A stretch of DNA of 64,000 nucleotides from the human T2T-CHM13v2.0 reference genome, Homo sapiens: NCBI RefSeq assembly GCF_009914755.1, contig NC_060933.1, one strand, 5' to 3'. The position numbers and the translations under genes are program-made. This document shows positions 60,885 to 64,000 of the stretch, one piece after another; position 1 is the stretch's first letter, and the number at the start of each line of letters is the position of its first letter. A model generated the notes under the pieces. It was not told where the DNA came from. It ran no database searches and saw only the letters and a list, made by a program, of their open reading frames with translations.

Positions 60885-61973
60885 GATAACCTAAGTTATG
60901 TGTCAGGAAACACCACATGGTGAAAGAAAGATTAGCAGAACTGTTGATATTCCTATAATTCATTACTGGAAAATATTTATTGAATTAATAATCCTCTTAA
61001 TTCTTAACTTAATGTGTTTATTTCTTAATGATTAGTGAGATGCAGTAGAATTATACAAAGTTCACTCTCTATCCCATTCTTCAGAAGGTTCTGCTGTACC
61101 ATTTAAACTTTTATTTCTTTTGTAAATATAAAAATATAAAAGATTTTAGTCTTCAAAGTTTTAAACAAATATGGTGTTAAATGTTAAACTTCCAAGTGTC
61201 TGTGAGGTTATGTATGGTTTCGATAAGCTAAAAAGAAGCCTTAATATGAGGGAGGCTTTTACTTTAGGGATCTAAAGCAGAAAGTATTAAAGTTAAAGAG
61301 ATAAAGCTTCAGTTATTAAAATAGAAATCTAAACACAACATTTAATTTTTATGGAACTTTTAGGGAGGAAATAAGAGTACAGGCATTGAGAGGTGCTTCA
61401 TTTATTCCAGTAAGAGGAATCTTCATTGACTATTTTTTGAAATTGTGCTAGTGATTAACAATATAAGGTCAAAGAGAGGTCAATGAAAAACACATAAGTA
61501 CAAATTCTATACTTCATTTTTTTCATTTTAATGAACACTGTAAAGAAAACTCAATCCTCTAGTGATAAATATTGATGTATATTTACTATAATCTTTGGAG
61601 AAAAGGGTATTTGCATGGACTGAAAGTGTCATGCCAAATATTAGGTTTAATACCTAATATTTGAATGATTGGGAAAAGAAAATAAGAAATTATATCTCAC
61701 AAGTTTGAAAGAGACAATACTTACAGAATCAATATAAGCAGGCTTCTTTTTTAAAATAAGGCAAAGGATAAAATTTTTAAAAGCTATATAATTTCATAAT
61801 ATACAATTAAATTAATTACTAATTCAATTTCTCTTGTCATTGGCATTACACCATTATGAAATGAGGTTCCTCTTTCATATTTGTATGTTAAAATTAAGTA
61901 TTCATTTAGATCAGAGGTAGGCAAATCACGGTCCATGGCATATTATATAAGCCCAAATGAATAATTGCTTTGT

Positions 61974-62284
<311 letters not shown>

Positions 62285-63519
62285 CTGCTTTGTATTTTTA
62301 AAGGGTTATAACAAGAAGGACATGCAACAGAGACCAGGTGTGACCCACAAAACCAAAAGTGTTTACTATCTGCGTTTTACAGAAAACCTTTGCAGACTCC
62401 TGACGTAGACAAATGCCTTATGATTTTATTCTGAATTAATATGACTCTTTCTACAAACAGTTGTCTTTAAATAATAAGATTTTACAATTATTGTGTTTTC
62501 TTTAACTAGAGTGTGTACTTTCATCCTTTTCCTTACTTTTCAAACTTAGAGTTCCATTATTAGGTTATATATTGTAACTCAAGAGGGTGGGAATAAGTTC
62601 AAGACACTACTTTCCTATATGCTTGGACTGGTGTGGAGTAATACTGCTTACGTCAAAGTCAGGCACTCACCACTGCTTCTTATAAGTACTGTTCTTGTTT
62701 CACAAAACAAGCCCACATAGTAAAGGGAAGTGATGTCATAAGCATTGCCATTTGTAATTTAGGTGAAATTAGCTGACGATTGTAGTGAAATTTTTAATAT
62801 TTAACTTCTAATATTGGAAATAATCAAATGTCTATTTTATCTCTTTCTATTCATAGAACATTCTGGAATGCAAATTTTTATCCTTATGTACCCTAACAGT
62901 GTGTTATGTCCTGTTACTTTTTGTGTTGTTGTTAACATTAGAATTTAATCTTTAGTTATATATTTGACTAAAGTACCTAATACCAAAGAAAGTGTTACTA
63001 GAAAAGCAAATCTAGGTATTTCCACCCAGTCAGTATAAAAAAATACGTTTTTAAATACTCCCAAATATACAGACATCGCAACGCACAAAAACAGCTATAG
63101 GGTAGATATTTAACATATTTTAGATAAATGGTAGTACACAATTATATTTTCAGGTAGCATTTTTCACACTTCACAGCATATCCTAAATAAAATTTGGGCT
63201 ATGATTTCATTTATTTTAATTTAACCTCCACTTTAATTTTTTTCACTTATACTACATAATGCTAAAATGCATGCTTATTTCTTAGATGAGATTTCACAAA
63301 AGAAGCCAAACCTCTTTTCACTTGGTTGGGAAATAATTCCTGTTATAGGAATTTTAGATCTGAATTTTCCCCCGCAATTTCTTATTCTGAATTCCAGGTA
63401 TTATCTTAAATTTGATCAGTTCTAACCTTGCCCCTTCTCACCTCTCTAATGAATGGTGAAGCTCATCGCATCATACCGATGTCCATAAACAAGCGGGAGC
63501 AGCAGTCTTCATATAGTAA

Positions 63520-63751
<232 letters not shown>

Positions 63752-63915
63752 GTAAGGGCCATCCTAGGTCACTTTAGCTTGCCTGTTTTCAAAGTTGAAG
63801 AAAGCAAATGTAGACAGCTGGAAAAAGGCATTCCGTTCTCTTTTTCGTTGTTGTTATCTTTCGAGAGGGAATGAAATAGTCATAATTACTATGAGGATTA
63901 GAAAACTTCATCTTG

Positions 63916-64000
63916 GCCGGGCGTGGTGGCTCACACCTGTAATGCGGCTGAGGCTGGCGGATCACGAGATCAGGAGATCAACTTCATCCTGGCTAACATG
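63916..64000 (+). mobile_element. Alu 5' part, running off the window
   Basis: ggccgggcgtggtggctcacacctgtaat...gatcacgagatcaggagatc. Confidence 0.85.

Overview
Human (primate) genomic DNA from inside a CNTNAP3-family gene (contactin-associated protein-like 3 / Caspr3, a segmentally duplicated family on chr9), transcribed on the + strand. Seven exons (inferred exons 4-10) are present with canonical AG/GT sites and matching phases. They encode the end of the F5/8 type C domain and laminin-G domains 1-2. Exons 4-9 are intact. Exon 10 carries an apparent 1-nt deletion and a premature TAG, so this copy looks like a pseudogene or truncated paralog. Exons 5-9 total 939 nt with matching entry and exit phase, so a back-spliced circle would have a stop-free reading frame. 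The introns contain a degraded sense-strand class I ERV provirus (5' LTR, tRNA-Ser PBS, gag-pro-pol) with nested Alu, MER50-like and LTR8-like insertions. They also contain an antisense RBM17 processed pseudogene interrupted by an inverted copy of neighbouring DNA, a 7SL pseudogene, over 20 Alus, and L1, L2, MIR, MaLR and DNA-transposon relics. Repeat subfamily names and exon numbers come from recall of consensus sequences, not a search, and repeat boundaries are approximate.
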